A stretch of DNA of 61,708 bases, taken from contig JBBAAW010000003.1 in assembly GCA_041658075.1 (NCBI GenBank), positions 1-61,708 of the forward strand, given 5' to 3'. Shown here piece after piece: positions 9,400 through 18,798 of this stretch (position 1 is the first letter of the stretch; every line of letters begins with the position of its first letter). A model generated the notes under the pieces. That model did not search any database and was not told the origin of the DNA. It saw nothing but the letters and a program-made list of their open reading frames with translations. Position numbers and translations under genes: made by a program. This stretch comes from Patescibacteria group bacterium (lineage in GTDB: Bacteria > Patescibacteriota > WWE3 > UBA101185 > UBA10185).

Positions 9400-11744
9400 G
9401 CACCTTTCTTACTCGAATAGATAAAAGGGCTAAGGAGATTTTAAGCTCTTTTGGAGAAGTTTCTGAAATTAGCCTTACTGATTTAATTAAAAAGATAAAC
9501 AATGCCGGAGGTATGGGAACGCGCATAATAGAGTCGCGCCAATTTTTATTAAACTTAAAACAGGATAGTAATTTAGTCCTTAGCCAGTTGGTGGAAGAGG
9601 CTTTTTTTACCGCTATTAGCATGGGTCATACTTACGTGGGGACGGAGCATTTGTTGTTGGCGGGGTTAGCTAAGGCCGGGTTTGCCGGGGTGGAAGATAT
9701 GAGTATGGAGGTGGAGAGACTAAATTCTTTGCCATTACTACTTAAAAATGTGAGCGGTGTGGTAAAACCAAATATTCTAAATAATTATGCGGTTGACTTA
9801 ACAAAAAGGTACATGTTTTACCCCAAGTTGCACTTGGTAGAGCGGGAAGAGGTCAACAAAATGTTCAAAATATTACTTCAAAGAAGTAATTCCAATGTTT
9901 TGCTAACCGGTCCTCGGGGTGTAGGTAAAAGGTCACTCGTGGAAATTATGGCCAGAAAAGTGAGTTTAATGGACACGCCGGCCCTTTTTGCTGGGACTTA
10001 TATTTTGGACTTTAATATGCAGGCTTTTGTTACCAACCTTCCAGCAACCGCCGAAGCCTTTGATGTCGCCATAAAAAATTTATCGTCAGAGGCAAAGATG
10101 TTGGGAAGAAGTATTATGATAATAAAAAATTTACCCGGAATGTTTTTAAATCTTACAGCTACTTCAAGTGCGGGAGCCTTATTTAAGAACCTTGTGGAAA
10201 GCTTAAATATGGTGAATTCAAAGCTTATCATTTGTCTGGACGACGAATCTTACGGGCTTGTCCGCTCGTCCAGCGGGGATTTTGGCCTACAGGAGGAATT
10301 ATTTTGGGGTTTTACCGCCTTGGATGTTAAAGAACCGGCCCAAAAAATCACTATGAAAATTTTAAGGATGGAGGCTCACAAGCTGGAAGGTTATTTCTTG
10401 CTTAAAATTCCTAAAGATGTGGTGAACTACGCCTACAAAAAGGCCAAAACTGAGATGAAGGAGGAAGTTTTTCCTCAAAAGGCGGTGGAGCTTTTAGATA
10501 GAGCTTGTTCCTTAGCGTCGTACGAGGAAAATAAAGTTCCAGCGAACCTGCGGGATTTAGTGGCAAAACATGTTAAGGTAGGTTTGGGTATTGAGGGGGC
10601 GTTTTTGGAAAAGAATTATGATAAGGCTGCGCGTTTGGCAAAGTCGCTTCATAAACTGGAAAAAAAGCTAGACGGGGCAACTTTGATTTCTTCTAAAGAC
10701 CTGCGTTCTTTGACTACTAAAGATGTAGATAAGGTGCTTGAGGAATACAAGGAGGAAGAGCAAAAAGAGTATAAAATTGGAACAAAGATCTTAGCAGAAC
10801 TGGAAAAACGCATTAAGCAAAAAATCGTGGGACAGGATAGGGCAGTGGAGGTTGTAACACGGGCGCTAGTACGATTCCAAATGGGTTTGCGCCCCAAAAA
10901 TAAACCCGTGGGAAACTTTTTGTTCTTAGGTCCCACAGGTGTTGGAAAAACGGAGCTTGCCAAGGTTTTGGCGCAAGAAGCTTTTGGTGATGACGCTTTA
11001 ATAAGGTTAGACATGAGCGACTTTGGGGAAAAACACACGGTGGCGCGTTTGGTGGGGGCACCTCCCGGATATCTTGGATATAACGACGGTGGGGAGTTAA
11101 CTTCTAAAATAAGCAGAAAGCCTCAAAGTGTGGTTTTGTTTGACGAGGTAGAAAAAGCCCACCCCGATGTTTTAAATATCCTTTTGCAGATTACGGAGGA
11201 GGGAGAGCTCCGTGATATGAGGGGTGATACTTATAGCTTTTCTAACGCGGTGGTGATCTTAACCAGTAATTTGGGTACAGAAGCTATTCATAAAAGAGAC
11301 ATAGGCTACGGCGGCTCTACAAAGTCGCAAAAGGAAATTGAAGCACGAGTGCAACAGACTGTTAAAACATTTTTAAAGCCGGAACTTTTAAATAGATTTG
11401 ACGAGATAATTACTTTTAGACAGTTGGAGAAAAAAGATTCACAGCGGATTTTGGATATCTTATTGGGTGAGGTTAAAAAAAGCCTAGCAGAAAAGGATTT
11501 AAAGCTTGAGTTGGGGAAGGGGGTTAGGGAGTATATGTTGGAAAAAGGATTTTCTATGGAATTTGGGGCTAGATCTTTGCGTAGAACAGTGGAAAAAGAG
11601 CTTCTGGACAGGATAGCGGGTTTTTTGATAAGTAAACGTGAAGATGAGACAGGCGGCAAGAAAAGAGGGGCAAAAAGTGGGGTTAAAAGTAAGGTGATTA
11701 GGGTGAAAATGTCGCCAGAGGGAACATTGGAGGTATGGCAATGA
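9396..11744 (+). CDS. clpC: Clp/Hsp100 AAA+ chaperone, ClpC-like
   Basis: Clp_N-like [16 protein letters not shown]1 P-loop GPRGVGKR, D2 P-loop GPTGVGKT with [14 protein letters not shown], and an IGYG loop. Conserved clpC-radA synteny. ATGA overlap with rpsA. Confidence 0.85.
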   Translation: MSTFLTRIDKRAKEILSSFGEVSEISLTDLIKKINNAGGMGTRIIESRQFLLNLKQDSNLVLSQLVEEAFFTAISMGHTYVGTEHLLLAGLAKAGFAGVEDMSMEVERLNSLPLLLKNVSGVVKPNILNNYAVDLTKRYMFYPKLHLVEREEVNKMFKILLQRSNSNVLLTGPRGVGKRSLVEIMARKVSLMDTPALFAGTYILDFNMQAFVTNLPATAEAFDVAIKNLSSEAKMLGRSIMIIKNLPGMFLNLTATSSAGALFKNLVESLNMVNSKLIICLDDESYGLVRSSSGDFGLQEELFWGFTALDVKEPAQKITMKILRMEAHKLEGYFLLKIPKDVVNYAYKKAKTEMKEEVFPQKAVELLDRACSLASYEENKVPANLRDLVAKHVKVGLGIEGAFLEKNYDKAARLAKSLHKLEKKLDGATLISSKDLRSLTTKDVDKVLEEYKEEEQKEYKIGTKILAELEKRIKQKIVGQDRAVEVVTRALVRFQMGLRPKNKPVGNFLFLGPTGVGKTELAKVLAQEAFGDDALIRLDMSDFGEKHTVARLVGAPPGYLGYNDGGELTSKISRKPQSVVLFDEVEKAHPDVLNILLQITEEGELRDMRGDTYSFSNAVVILTSNLGTEAIHKRDIGYGGSTKSQKEIEARVQQTVKTFLKPELLNRFDEIITFRQLEKKDSQRILDILLGEVKKSLAEKDLKLELGKGVREYMLEKGFSMEFGARSLRRTVEKELLDRIAGFLISKREDETGGKKRGAKSGVKSKVIRVKMSPEGTLEVWQ

Positions 11745-13090
11745 AAGGATTGAAAACAGTTTTTGTTTGTCAGAGCTGTTCTGCTCAAGTAACTAATTGG
11801 GCGGGGCAGTGTCCTCAGTGCGGAGAGTGGAATACCCTAGTTGAGACTTTAGACAGATCAGGTGGTGGTAAAGCTAGTGGGAAAAAAGCTGCCGACGGTA
11901 TTAGTGCAGGCTTTATAGCGTTGACCAAGTTAGAAACTTTGGATAAGGTTAAGGTTAGAGATACGGAAAGATTTTTAACTGGAGTAGGGGAATTTGATAG
12001 AGTTTTAGGCGGAGGATTCGTTCTTGGTCAAGCAGTTCTTTTAGCTGGGGAGCCGGGAATAGGAAAGAGTACTTTAATTACCCAAGTATGTAAAAGTCTT
12101 GATACTAAAAGTATCTTGTACATGTGTGGTGAGGAAAGTCCTGCTCAAATTAAGCTTAGAGCGGCAAGGATGGGCTATAGGGGCGCCAACCTGAGTATGC
12201 TTCAAGAAACTGACGTAGATATTATTGAACAAATAGTGTACTCCAACTCCGAAAACGCTAAAAACGGTCAAAAATTTGATTTGTTAGTAATTGACTCGAT
12301 ACAAACTTTGTACACAAAAGACCTAATGTCGTCTGCCGGATCGGTCGCTCAGATTAAGGAATGTTCTCAAAGGTTGGTTAGGGCAGCAAAGAACATGAAT
12401 ATATGTGTCATATTGGTTGGGCACGTTACAAAAGAAGGTGAAATTGCCGGTCCTAAGGTTTTGGAGCATGTGGTGGATACAGTTTTATATATGGAGGGTG
12501 ACTCGCAGCACTTGTACAGAATTTTGCGGACTACTAAAAATAGATTTGGTGCGGTTTCAGAGGTGGGGATGTTTGAAATGGTAGAAAACGGGATTAAGGA
12601 AGTTACTAACCCCAGCGAATTGTTTGTTAGCAAAGCTGATGCTAGTATGCTAGGTTCATGTGTTGCGGTTGCTATGGAGGGATTTAGACCAATTTTGTAT
12701 GAAATTCAAGCGCTTTCGGTAAAAACCAATTTTGGTTATCCAAAGCGTACAGCAAGTGGTTTTAATATCAACAGACTTCAGGTTTTATTGGCGGTACTAG
12801 AGAAGCGTTGCAAAATTCCATGCTATCAGTACGACATTTACCTAAATATTGCCGGTGGCTTTAAAATAAATGATAGTGCTTCTGATCTTGCTGTTTGCCT
12901 TGCGGTAGCGTCGTCTATTTTAGAAAAGCCTTTAAAACAAGGTACGGCCGTTTTTGGAGAGGTTGGACTTATGGGAGAAGTGCGGGTGGTTCCGCACGCG
13001 CAGAAGCGCGCACAAGAAGCTAAGCGACTTGGCTATAAGGCCGACTTTTCCCACAAATTCGTGAGCGAGTACATTAAATCCCTTCTATAG
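11735..13090 (+). CDS. radA: DNA repair protein RadA/Sms
   Basis: Zn-finger CQSCSAQVTNWAGQCPQCGEWNT, Walker A GEPGIGKST, KNRFG motif, and a Lon-like C-terminal domain. Confidence 0.9.
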   Translation: MAMKGLKTVFVCQSCSAQVTNWAGQCPQCGEWNTLVETLDRSGGGKASGKKAADGISAGFIALTKLETLDKVKVRDTERFLTGVGEFDRVLGGGFVLGQAVLLAGEPGIGKSTLITQVCKSLDTKSILYMCGEESPAQIKLRAARMGYRGANLSMLQETDVDIIEQIVYSNSENAKNGQKFDLLVIDSIQTLYTKDLMSSAGSVAQIKECSQRLVRAAKNMNICVILVGHVTKEGEIAGPKVLEHVVDTVLYMEGDSQHLYRILRTTKNRFGAVSEVGMFEMVENGIKEVTNPSELFVSKADASMLGSCVAVAMEGFRPILYEIQALSVKTNFGYPKRTASGFNINRLQVLLAVLEKRCKIPCYQYDIYLNIAGGFKINDSASDLAVCLAVASSILEKPLKQGTAVFGEVGLMGEVRVVPHAQKRAQEAKRLGYKADFSHKFVSEYIKSLL

Positions 13091-13091
13091 A

Positions 13092-13116
13092 CAAAAAAAC
13101 GCCCCCGCGTGGGGCG
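13092..13116 (-). terminator. intrinsic terminator (minus strand), also a hairpin after radA
   Basis: CGCCCC/GGGGCG stem with a 5-nt loop. An A8 run on the plus strand gives a T-run on the minus strand. It lies about 150 nt downstream of the rel stop codon. Confidence 0.6.
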
Positions 13117-13268
13117 AATAACCGACACCTGGCAGGGGACAAAAGCCCTTAACTTCTTAGCAGAAGAGAGAGGGCAATCTTGTTAAGAATCTATACACTA
13201 GTGTGTAACAATGCAAGCTATGTAGATTGCTAATTATGACTGTTCTGGTTGTATTGGGGCCACAAGAT

Positions 13269-14642
13269 CTACTTTCTAAGTTCCTTTAGAATCTCCCATC
13301 TGGCCTTTTTGGTTCCCACCAGCTGCAACCAGTCCTTGCTGGGTTTTTGCTTGTTTTTATCAACTAAGATCTCCACCACGTTCCCGTCTTTTATTAGAGT
13401 GTCGATTTTTGCAATTCTTCCGTTTATTTTAGCTCCTGCACACATGTTTCCAATGTCAGTATGCACGTAATAAGCAAAATCTAATGCCTTGGCGCCCTTT
13501 GGCAGCTCAACAATGTCGCCTTTAGGGGTGAACACATACACACTGTTGGCAAAATGCCCAATCTTGGCTTTGTCGTACGACTCAAAATAGTTTAAATCTT
13601 TTACCCAGTTGGGGTTGTTGGCAAGCTCTTTTTTAAACTTCTCCCCGATCTTATAAAACAAATGGCTACATAATCCGTATTCAGCTTCCTGATGCATTTC
13701 CTGAGTTCTAATTTGCACCTCAATGTTTAAATCCGCATCAACTTTAAAGATGTTATGCAGAGACCTGTATCCTGTAGGACGCGGTTTTTGAATATAATCA
13801 TCCCGCAGGTGGGGGATTTGATCCCACAAAGACTTTAAAATATCTTCAACAACGTAAACTTCCTCAATACTTTGGGTAATTATTCTCATGGCTCCGATGT
13901 CGTACAACAATACTTTTTCACCATCACTTTTGGATACATAATAACCCAATTTTTTAAAAGTGCTGTATACAGCCTTAATTCTGTACGAGGTTTCTGTTTT
14001 TATCCCATTTTCCAACAATAATTCTTTAATTACGGGTATTGCTTGATTAAAGAAATCTCTTATCTTGGGTGACGCCTTATCAATTATATTTTTAACTCTA
14101 ATGTATTCTGCCGGGTTAATAATCTTAAACGCTTCATCTTCTAATGTTCTAGTAAAAACTCCTATACCCAACATTTTTGCAATAGGAGCGTAGATAAAGA
14201 GGGTCTGTTCTGCCACCGCCTGTCTTTCCTCTTGGGGTAGGGCAAAGGCAGTTTCAACGTTGTGGCACTGATTCGCAAGCGCAATTACCAAAACCCGCAT
14301 ATCCTCGGCCAAATTCATGTAGGTTTGTACTATATAGTTGTGGTTAAAGTTCTTTGGCGACCCCTTCTTTATGTCCTTTTGCGACAAATTATGAAGCAGC
14401 GCTACTAGCCTTGCCACCTCCGGGTCTATTTCTCGCCTAACAGTCTCCAAAGCCCCAGCCAACATCTTTGGTAAATGATGTAGTAGAGCGCTAGCTAGCA
14501 CCTTTTCGTCCTCGATCCCGGCATCAACAAGCTTCTGACACACTTTGTCAAGGTGCTGATATGTAGTTTCACCCGACGCCCGTACCTCACCGCTGTGGTG
14601 TTTTTTGGCCAACTCCCGTGCCTTTTCTACCATATTGCTCAT
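13269..14642 (-). CDS. short RelA/SpoT-homologue (HD-like + synthetase + TGS)
   Basis: Synthetase motifs GYRSLHNIF and EVQIRTQEMHQEAEYG. TGS domain VYVFTPKGDIVELPKGAKALDFAY. The N-terminal HD-like region reads ALLHH where ALLHD is expected. Confidence 0.85.
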   Translation of the reverse strand: MSNMVEKARELAKKHHSGEVRASGETTYQHLDKVCQKLVDAGIEDEKVLASALLHHLPKMLAGALETVRREIDPEVARLVALLHNLSQKDIKKGSPKNFNHNYIVQTYMNLAEDMRVLVIALANQCHNVETAFALPQEERQAVAEQTLFIYAPIAKMLGIGVFTRTLEDEAFKIINPAEYIRVKNIIDKASPKIRDFFNQAIPVIKELLLENGIKTETSYRIKAVYSTFKKLGYYVSKSDGEKVLLYDIGAMRIITQSIEEVYVVEDILKSLWDQIPHLRDDYIQKPRPTGYRSLHNIFKVDADLNIEVQIRTQEMHQEAEYGLCSHLFYKIGEKFKKELANNPNWVKDLNYFESYDKAKIGHFANSVYVFTPKGDIVELPKGAKALDFAYYVHTDIGNMCAGAKINGRIAKIDTLIKDGNVVEILVDKNKQKPSKDWLQLVGTKKARWEILKELRK

Positions 14643-14710
14643 ATCTGCAATACTACCATATCTCGATTTGTAATAGATATGTACTTATTCGTAACATCTG
14701 ATGTAATAAA

Positions 14711-16072
14711 ATGGTACTTGTTTATTACATTAAATGTGTTAAAATGGTACCCATGTTTAATCGGGATTTTGAAAAATATCTAATTAGTTGGAAGAATAGC
14801 TCAAATAGGAAGCCTCTCGTTGTTAGAGGAGCCCGTCAGGTGGGCAAAACTGTGGCAGTTAAGGAGTTTGGTGAAAAGTTTTATACCAACTTTATCTACA
14901 TAAATTTGGAGAATAAAGAAACCCTAAAACTCTTTGAGTCGGTAGACACCATTGGTATATTTGCTTCCACAGTTAATTTAGCTTTTCAACAGAATGTCGA
15001 GAAAGACAACACATTAATATTTATTGATGAGATACAAAATTCGCCCAATCTAATTAGTCTGTTAAGATTTTTCTATGAGGAAATGCCCGCTCTTCATATA
15101 ATCTGTGCGGGTTCCTTACTCGAGGCAAAAATAGAGAAAGAAGGATTTTCCATGCCTGTTGGGAGGGTAGAGTATGGGTATATGTATCCTCTAACTTTTT
15201 TTGAATTTCTTGGTGTGATTGGTAAGGATAATCTTAGAGACCATATTATTAATCTAAACTTAACGGAGCCAAAACCACTTCCAGCAGGCATTCACAACTT
15301 GGCGATAAGTTTGTTTAGGCAATATACACTTTTAGGTGGGATGCCCGAGGTGTTAAAAATATACTCTGCCACGCAAGACCTTGAAGAATGTAAAAAAGTC
15401 TTACGAAACATTTCCACGGCTTATTCAGAAGATGTGTACAAATATGCCGGCACAGAAACATCTAAGTATTTAAATTTCATTATTACTGTGGGTTCAGCGT
15501 ATGCAGGGTCGCTCTATAGATACGAAAATTTTGCCGAGTCTGGTTTTAGAAGTAGGGAAATGGGCAACGCCTTTGATCTTCTTGAAAAAGTCATGTTATT
15601 GCGACAAATTAGGTCAACCAATTCTAACTCACTGCCTTTAATGGCGAAGGAAAGGCGGTCAAAAAAACTTGTATGGCTTGATGTTGGTTTTGTTAATATG
15701 ACATCTAACGCTTATGAAAGCTTTATAAATCTAAAAGATTTAAATGGACTTTATAGGGGTAGAATCGCGGAGCAGGTGGTTGGACAAAATATTTTAGCCT
15801 CCGGTAACTTTTATGAAACCATGGACTTGTATTACTGGTCAAAAGATCAAAATGAAGGTATTGCGGAAGTCGACTTTTGTTTACAGGTAAAGGGCAGGGC
15901 AGTTGCGGTGGAAGTAAAATCAGGAAGTACCGGTAAGGCAAGATCGCTTAAAAGTTTTGGTGATATTTTTAAAGATGCGTTGCTGGTAAAGGTATCGGAA
16001 GCCAACTTTGGTAAACAAGATGGGATTTTGTTACTTCCTTTTTATTTGGTGAACAGAATATCTGCGCTTTAG
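14711..16072 (+). CDS. AAA ATPase of the COG1373 / DUF4143 type
   Basis: P-loop VVRGARQVGKT, Walker B LIFIDEIQ, and length and architecture typical of AAA_14+DUF4143 proteins. The start is likely ATG 14744 or 14753. Confidence 0.7.
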   Translation: MVLVYYIKCVKMVPMFNRDFEKYLISWKNSSNRKPLVVRGARQVGKTVAVKEFGEKFYTNFIYINLENKETLKLFESVDTIGIFASTVNLAFQQNVEKDNTLIFIDEIQNSPNLISLLRFFYEEMPALHIICAGSLLEAKIEKEGFSMPVGRVEYGYMYPLTFFEFLGVIGKDNLRDHIINLNLTEPKPLPAGIHNLAISLFRQYTLLGGMPEVLKIYSATQDLEECKKVLRNISTAYSEDVYKYAGTETSKYLNFIITVGSAYAGSLYRYENFAESGFRSREMGNAFDLLEKVMLLRQIRSTNSNSLPLMAKERRSKKLVWLDVGFVNMTSNAYESFINLKDLNGLYRGRIAEQVVGQNILASGNFYETMDLYYWSKDQNEGIAEVDFCLQVKGRAVAVEVKSGSTGKARSLKSFGDIFKDALLVKVSEANFGKQDGILLLPFYLVNRISAL

Positions 16073-16094
16073 CTCAACCAACCCATACAATTAG

Positions 16095-16123
16095 TTGACA
16101 AATACTACAGCTTCATATAGTAT
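16095..16123 (+). promoter_or_regulatory. sigma70-type promoter of AbiE operon
   Basis: TTGACA (16095-16100), a 17-nt spacer, then TAGTAT (16118-16123). Preceded by CAACCAACCCATA. Confidence 0.65.
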
Positions 16124-16166
16124 ATCTGGATACTCAAATGTCACTATTATTGGTGATGAACATGTT

Positions 16167-16946
16167 ATGGAATATACTGGATTAAGTCAAAAAGATACCC
16201 AAATGCTTGAGGAGCTTATTCTAAAATATGGCAATGTTTTGGACTATGAAGACGTTGCATCAATTTTTAAGAACTATTATTCGGACGAAGGATCTATAAG
16301 AAACCGGGTGAGCGTTTTACAAAAAGCCGGATGGTTTAAAAGAATAAAAAAAGGTGTCTACTTTATAAATGAAAACCTCGGTACCAGGGGACAGCTGGTT
16401 GAGTCGGTTTTAGTAATCTCGAGCATTCTTGAATCAAACGCCTATATTTCATTGTCGCACGCCCTTAATTATCATCAAATGTACGACCAGTACAGTACAA
16501 AAGTTACAGCTATTGGAAAAGAGAGAGGAAAATCGTACAAAGTAGGTCTGTATAGTTTTAAATTCGTGAAGGTGGAAGAAGAGATGTATTTTGGGTTTAG
16601 TGATACGCTTGTAGACGGAAGGTTAGTAAAGATTGCGGATGCGGAGAAAGCCTTAATCGACTTCCTTTACTTGGATAAAAGCTTCATCAGCGCAAACTTA
16701 GTTTTTGAAAAATTAACACTATATAAAGAGTCGTTTTTAGACTGTTCAAAACTAACTACTTATGTATTAAAATGCGGGGTGACTGTAAGAAGAAAGATGG
16801 GTTTTTTAATGGAGTCGGCGGGATTAAATACCTTGGATATAGTAAAGAGCTTGGAGGGCAACAGAACCGCGGTAAAGTTCTATTCGGATTGTAAGGAATT
16901 TAATTCAAAGTGGCGGGTATATTATGACAGCAGAATTATTAAGTAA
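16167..16946 (+). CDS. AbiEi-family type IV antitoxin / transcriptional regulator
   Basis: The track ORF starts at 16095 inside the -35 box; the first ATG is 16167. Carries the AGWFKRIKKGVYF motif typical of AbiEi. Overlaps the downstream AbiEii gene. Confidence 0.65.
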   Translation: MEYTGLSQKDTQMLEELILKYGNVLDYEDVASIFKNYYSDEGSIRNRVSVLQKAGWFKRIKKGVYFINENLGTRGQLVESVLVISSILESNAYISLSHALNYHQMYDQYSTKVTAIGKERGKSYKVGLYSFKFVKVEEEMYFGFSDTLVDGRLVKIADAEKALIDFLYLDKSFISANLVFEKLTLYKESFLDCSKLTTYVLKCGVTVRRKMGFLMESAGLNTLDIVKSLEGNRTAVKFYSDCKEFNSKWRVYYDSRIIK

Positions 16947-17700
16947 AGCGCAACTTGGTTTATTAAACAGAAGTTTAGGATATCCGCTAGCTGTAGCCGA
17001 AAAAGACTATTTTTTGGCTCTCGCCTCAAAGGTTATCTATGATAGCGAATTAAAGGATAAGTTGATTTTTAAGGGCGATACGGCTTTATATCACACATAC
17101 TTACCACAACTTAGATTTTCTGAAGACTTGGATTACTCTACACACGGAACTAAGATAGTTTCCAACGATTTAAGGTCCGCGTTTGAGAAATTCTCGTTTT
17201 TCGAGGTCAAGAAGCAGTACGATTCTCCTTTTGGTGCAAAACTTGAGAGACTTTCTTATAACGGTCCTTTGGGTCAGCCTGGTTTTATAAAACTAGAGGT
17301 TGATACAACTCAAAATGTTGTTCTCCCGGCAAGAAATCTTGGGTATAGAAATAATTACGGGTTAGTCTTTAATGTTAAGGTTATGGATATCAGGGAAATC
17401 ATGGCGGAAAAGCTTAGGGCTATGAGCGAGAGGGTAAGATACAGGGATTTTTATGACTTTTGCACGATTAACAAAAACTTTGATATTAGTATGGACGGGG
17501 TCTTAGATTTAGCTGCTAAAAAAGAGATAAGAAGCGAGATAAGTGTAAGTACCATAAATTCAAATTGGGAGCTCGCTCTTAAGCAGAAGGACGACGATAT
17601 ATTTTCTATTCACATTTCCCAAGAGTTGAATAATGACTATGTTTATAAAATAATTAGCGGGTTTAACTTTAAGCCCTTGCAACCAACCCATAGTATTTGA
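16924..17700 (+). CDS. AbiEii/AbiGii-family nucleotidyltransferase toxin
   Basis: FKGDTALYHTYLPQLRFSEDLDYS matches the FKGGTAL...RFSEDLDF signature. 258 aa. Confidence 0.75.
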   Translation: MTAELLSKAQLGLLNRSLGYPLAVAEKDYFLALASKVIYDSELKDKLIFKGDTALYHTYLPQLRFSEDLDYSTHGTKIVSNDLRSAFEKFSFFEVKKQYDSPFGAKLERLSYNGPLGQPGFIKLEVDTTQNVVLPARNLGYRNNYGLVFNVKVMDIREIMAEKLRAMSERVRYRDFYDFCTINKNFDISMDGVLDLAAKKEIRSEISVSTINSNWELALKQKDDDIFSIHISQELNNDYVYKIISGFNFKPLQPTHSI

Positions 17701-17725
17701 CAGAAACGGGCAAATCTGTTAGTAT
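17697..17725 (+). promoter_or_regulatory. sigma70-type promoter P1
   Basis: TTGACA, a 17-nt spacer, then TAGTAT. The -35 box overlaps the AbiEii stop codon. Preceded by CCCATAGTAT. Confidence 0.6.
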
Positions 17726-17781
17726 TTGTCTTGTTCATCTTCTGCCAAAACCTACCGTTTAGCCTTTTAAATACGTTTAGT

Positions 17782-17810
17782 TTGACAAAACTAGTGACCT
17801 ATAGTATACT
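17782..17810 (+). promoter_or_regulatory. sigma70-type promoter P2
   Basis: TTGACA (17782-17787), a 17-nt spacer, then TATACT (17805-17810). Confidence 0.6.
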
Positions 17811-18048
17811 GAAACTTGTTAGTTGATTGAAGGGCTGCTACACACAATTACAACCTTTTAATCAGCCAATAATTTATTGGTTGAAGCACATTAAAAAAAC
17901 GCACATTGTCTAGGTATTGTGGGTAAGGCTTGTTTGAGCATAATTAGGTTGTAAATTCATTTTTGCGACTTGGTTAAGCTCAAACAGAGCCTACGGAAGA
18001 AGTTTTGTCCGTTTTTCGACAATTCAACATTACATCAGGAGGGTCACC

Positions 18049-18585
18049 ATGGAAACGCCGAAATTCTTGAAGAAAGCTCTCATCGCGCTGAGGATGAGAG
18101 AGGACAGCCTGGCTGTTCTGGAGTCCGGTCTCGGTGAGGCTGGACTGTCGGATGCCGATATGGCGTCCCTGGATCCGAAGCAACTCGAGAAGTTGCGCAC
18201 TGTGGTTCTCAAGACCGAGGTGGGCGATGCGATCGCAGTGTTCTCGGACCGCGTCGGTACCGAATTCACTCCGGACGAGCGCAAGATCTTGATCCGCATC
18301 GCGGAGATTGCTGTGAAGCGCTCCGGGCGGTTGCCTGAGTTGGTCGCCACCCTCCGCAAGGAAGGTGAGAACAAGCAGGCTGCGGAGATCGCGGGATTGA
18401 AGGGTCAGTTGTCGGGGCAGAGCCACACCATGGCTGAGATGCAGGCGACGCTGCAGGATATGCAGGCGTTCATGGTCGCCCAAGCGAAGTTGCAGATGCA
18501 GGCTAATGCGCCCGTCGCACCCCCGCCCGCTCAGGCTCCTGCCGTCCCGCCCGCGCCCGTCGCACCCCCGCCCCCCGGCGCCTAA
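18049..18585 (+). CDS. GC-rich hypothetical protein with Pro/Ala-rich tail (cassette B)
   Basis: 178 aa. AGGAGG lies 7 nt upstream of the ATG. No signal peptide. Helical or coiled middle region and a C-terminal APVAPPPAQAPAVPPAPVAPPPPGA tail. The line 18241-18300 has 35/60 G+C. Confidence 0.6.
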   Translation: METPKFLKKALIALRMREDSLAVLESGLGEAGLSDADMASLDPKQLEKLRTVVLKTEVGDAIAVFSDRVGTEFTPDERKILIRIAEIAVKRSGRLPELVATLRKEGENKQAAEIAGLKGQLSGQSHTMAEMQATLQDMQAFMVAQAKLQMQANAPVAPPPAQAPAVPPAPVAPPPPGA

Positions 18586-18595
18586 GATGTGCGTA

Positions 18596-18645
18596 CCCGC
18601 AACGAAGATTTGATTTACATAATCACTTCTTTTCTTCGTTGCGGG
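18596..18645 (+). terminator. 12-bp GC-rich long-loop hairpin after cassette B ORF
   Basis: CCCGCAACGAAG (18596-18607) pairs with CTTCGTTGCGGG (18634-18645). The loop is 26 nt. Confidence 0.5.
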
Positions 18646-18719
18646 ACCACTTAAGTTTTTAAAGGTTTATGCCTTTGAAGATTTAAGTAGTCGTATAAGG
18701 TTAGTCAATATTTTGTTTT

Positions 18720-18745
18720 GCCCCATATTTTCTTGGGGCTTTTTT
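18720..18745 (+). terminator. canonical intrinsic terminator
   Basis: GCCCCA/TGGGGC stem, 8-nt loop, then TTTTTT. Confidence 0.75.
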
Positions 18746-18757
18746 GTTACCCATCTA

Positions 18758-18786
18758 TTGCTTAACTTTCTTTTAGTCTCTATATT
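18758..18786 (+). promoter_or_regulatory. promoter of kinase-like operon
   Basis: TTGCTT, a 17-nt spacer, then TATATT. Preceded by ACCCATCTAT. The predicted TSS is about 6 nt before ATG 18799. Confidence 0.5.
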
Positions 18787-18798
18787 TAATACAAGACT

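Noticed and set aside
13117-13268. Possible sRNA or structured 3' UTR between the rel stop and the 13092-13116 terminator (contains the 10-bp palindrome ACACTAGTGT at 13195-13204)
   Set aside because: There is no promoter, no recognisable RNA family and no conservation information. This is insufficient to call a feature.
17980-18483. Antisense ORFs 17980-18483 and 18030-18374 opposite cassette B
   Set aside because: Same GC artefact. They have Arg/Ser/Leu-rich nonsense composition and no SD. The + frame has AGGAGG and a terminator.
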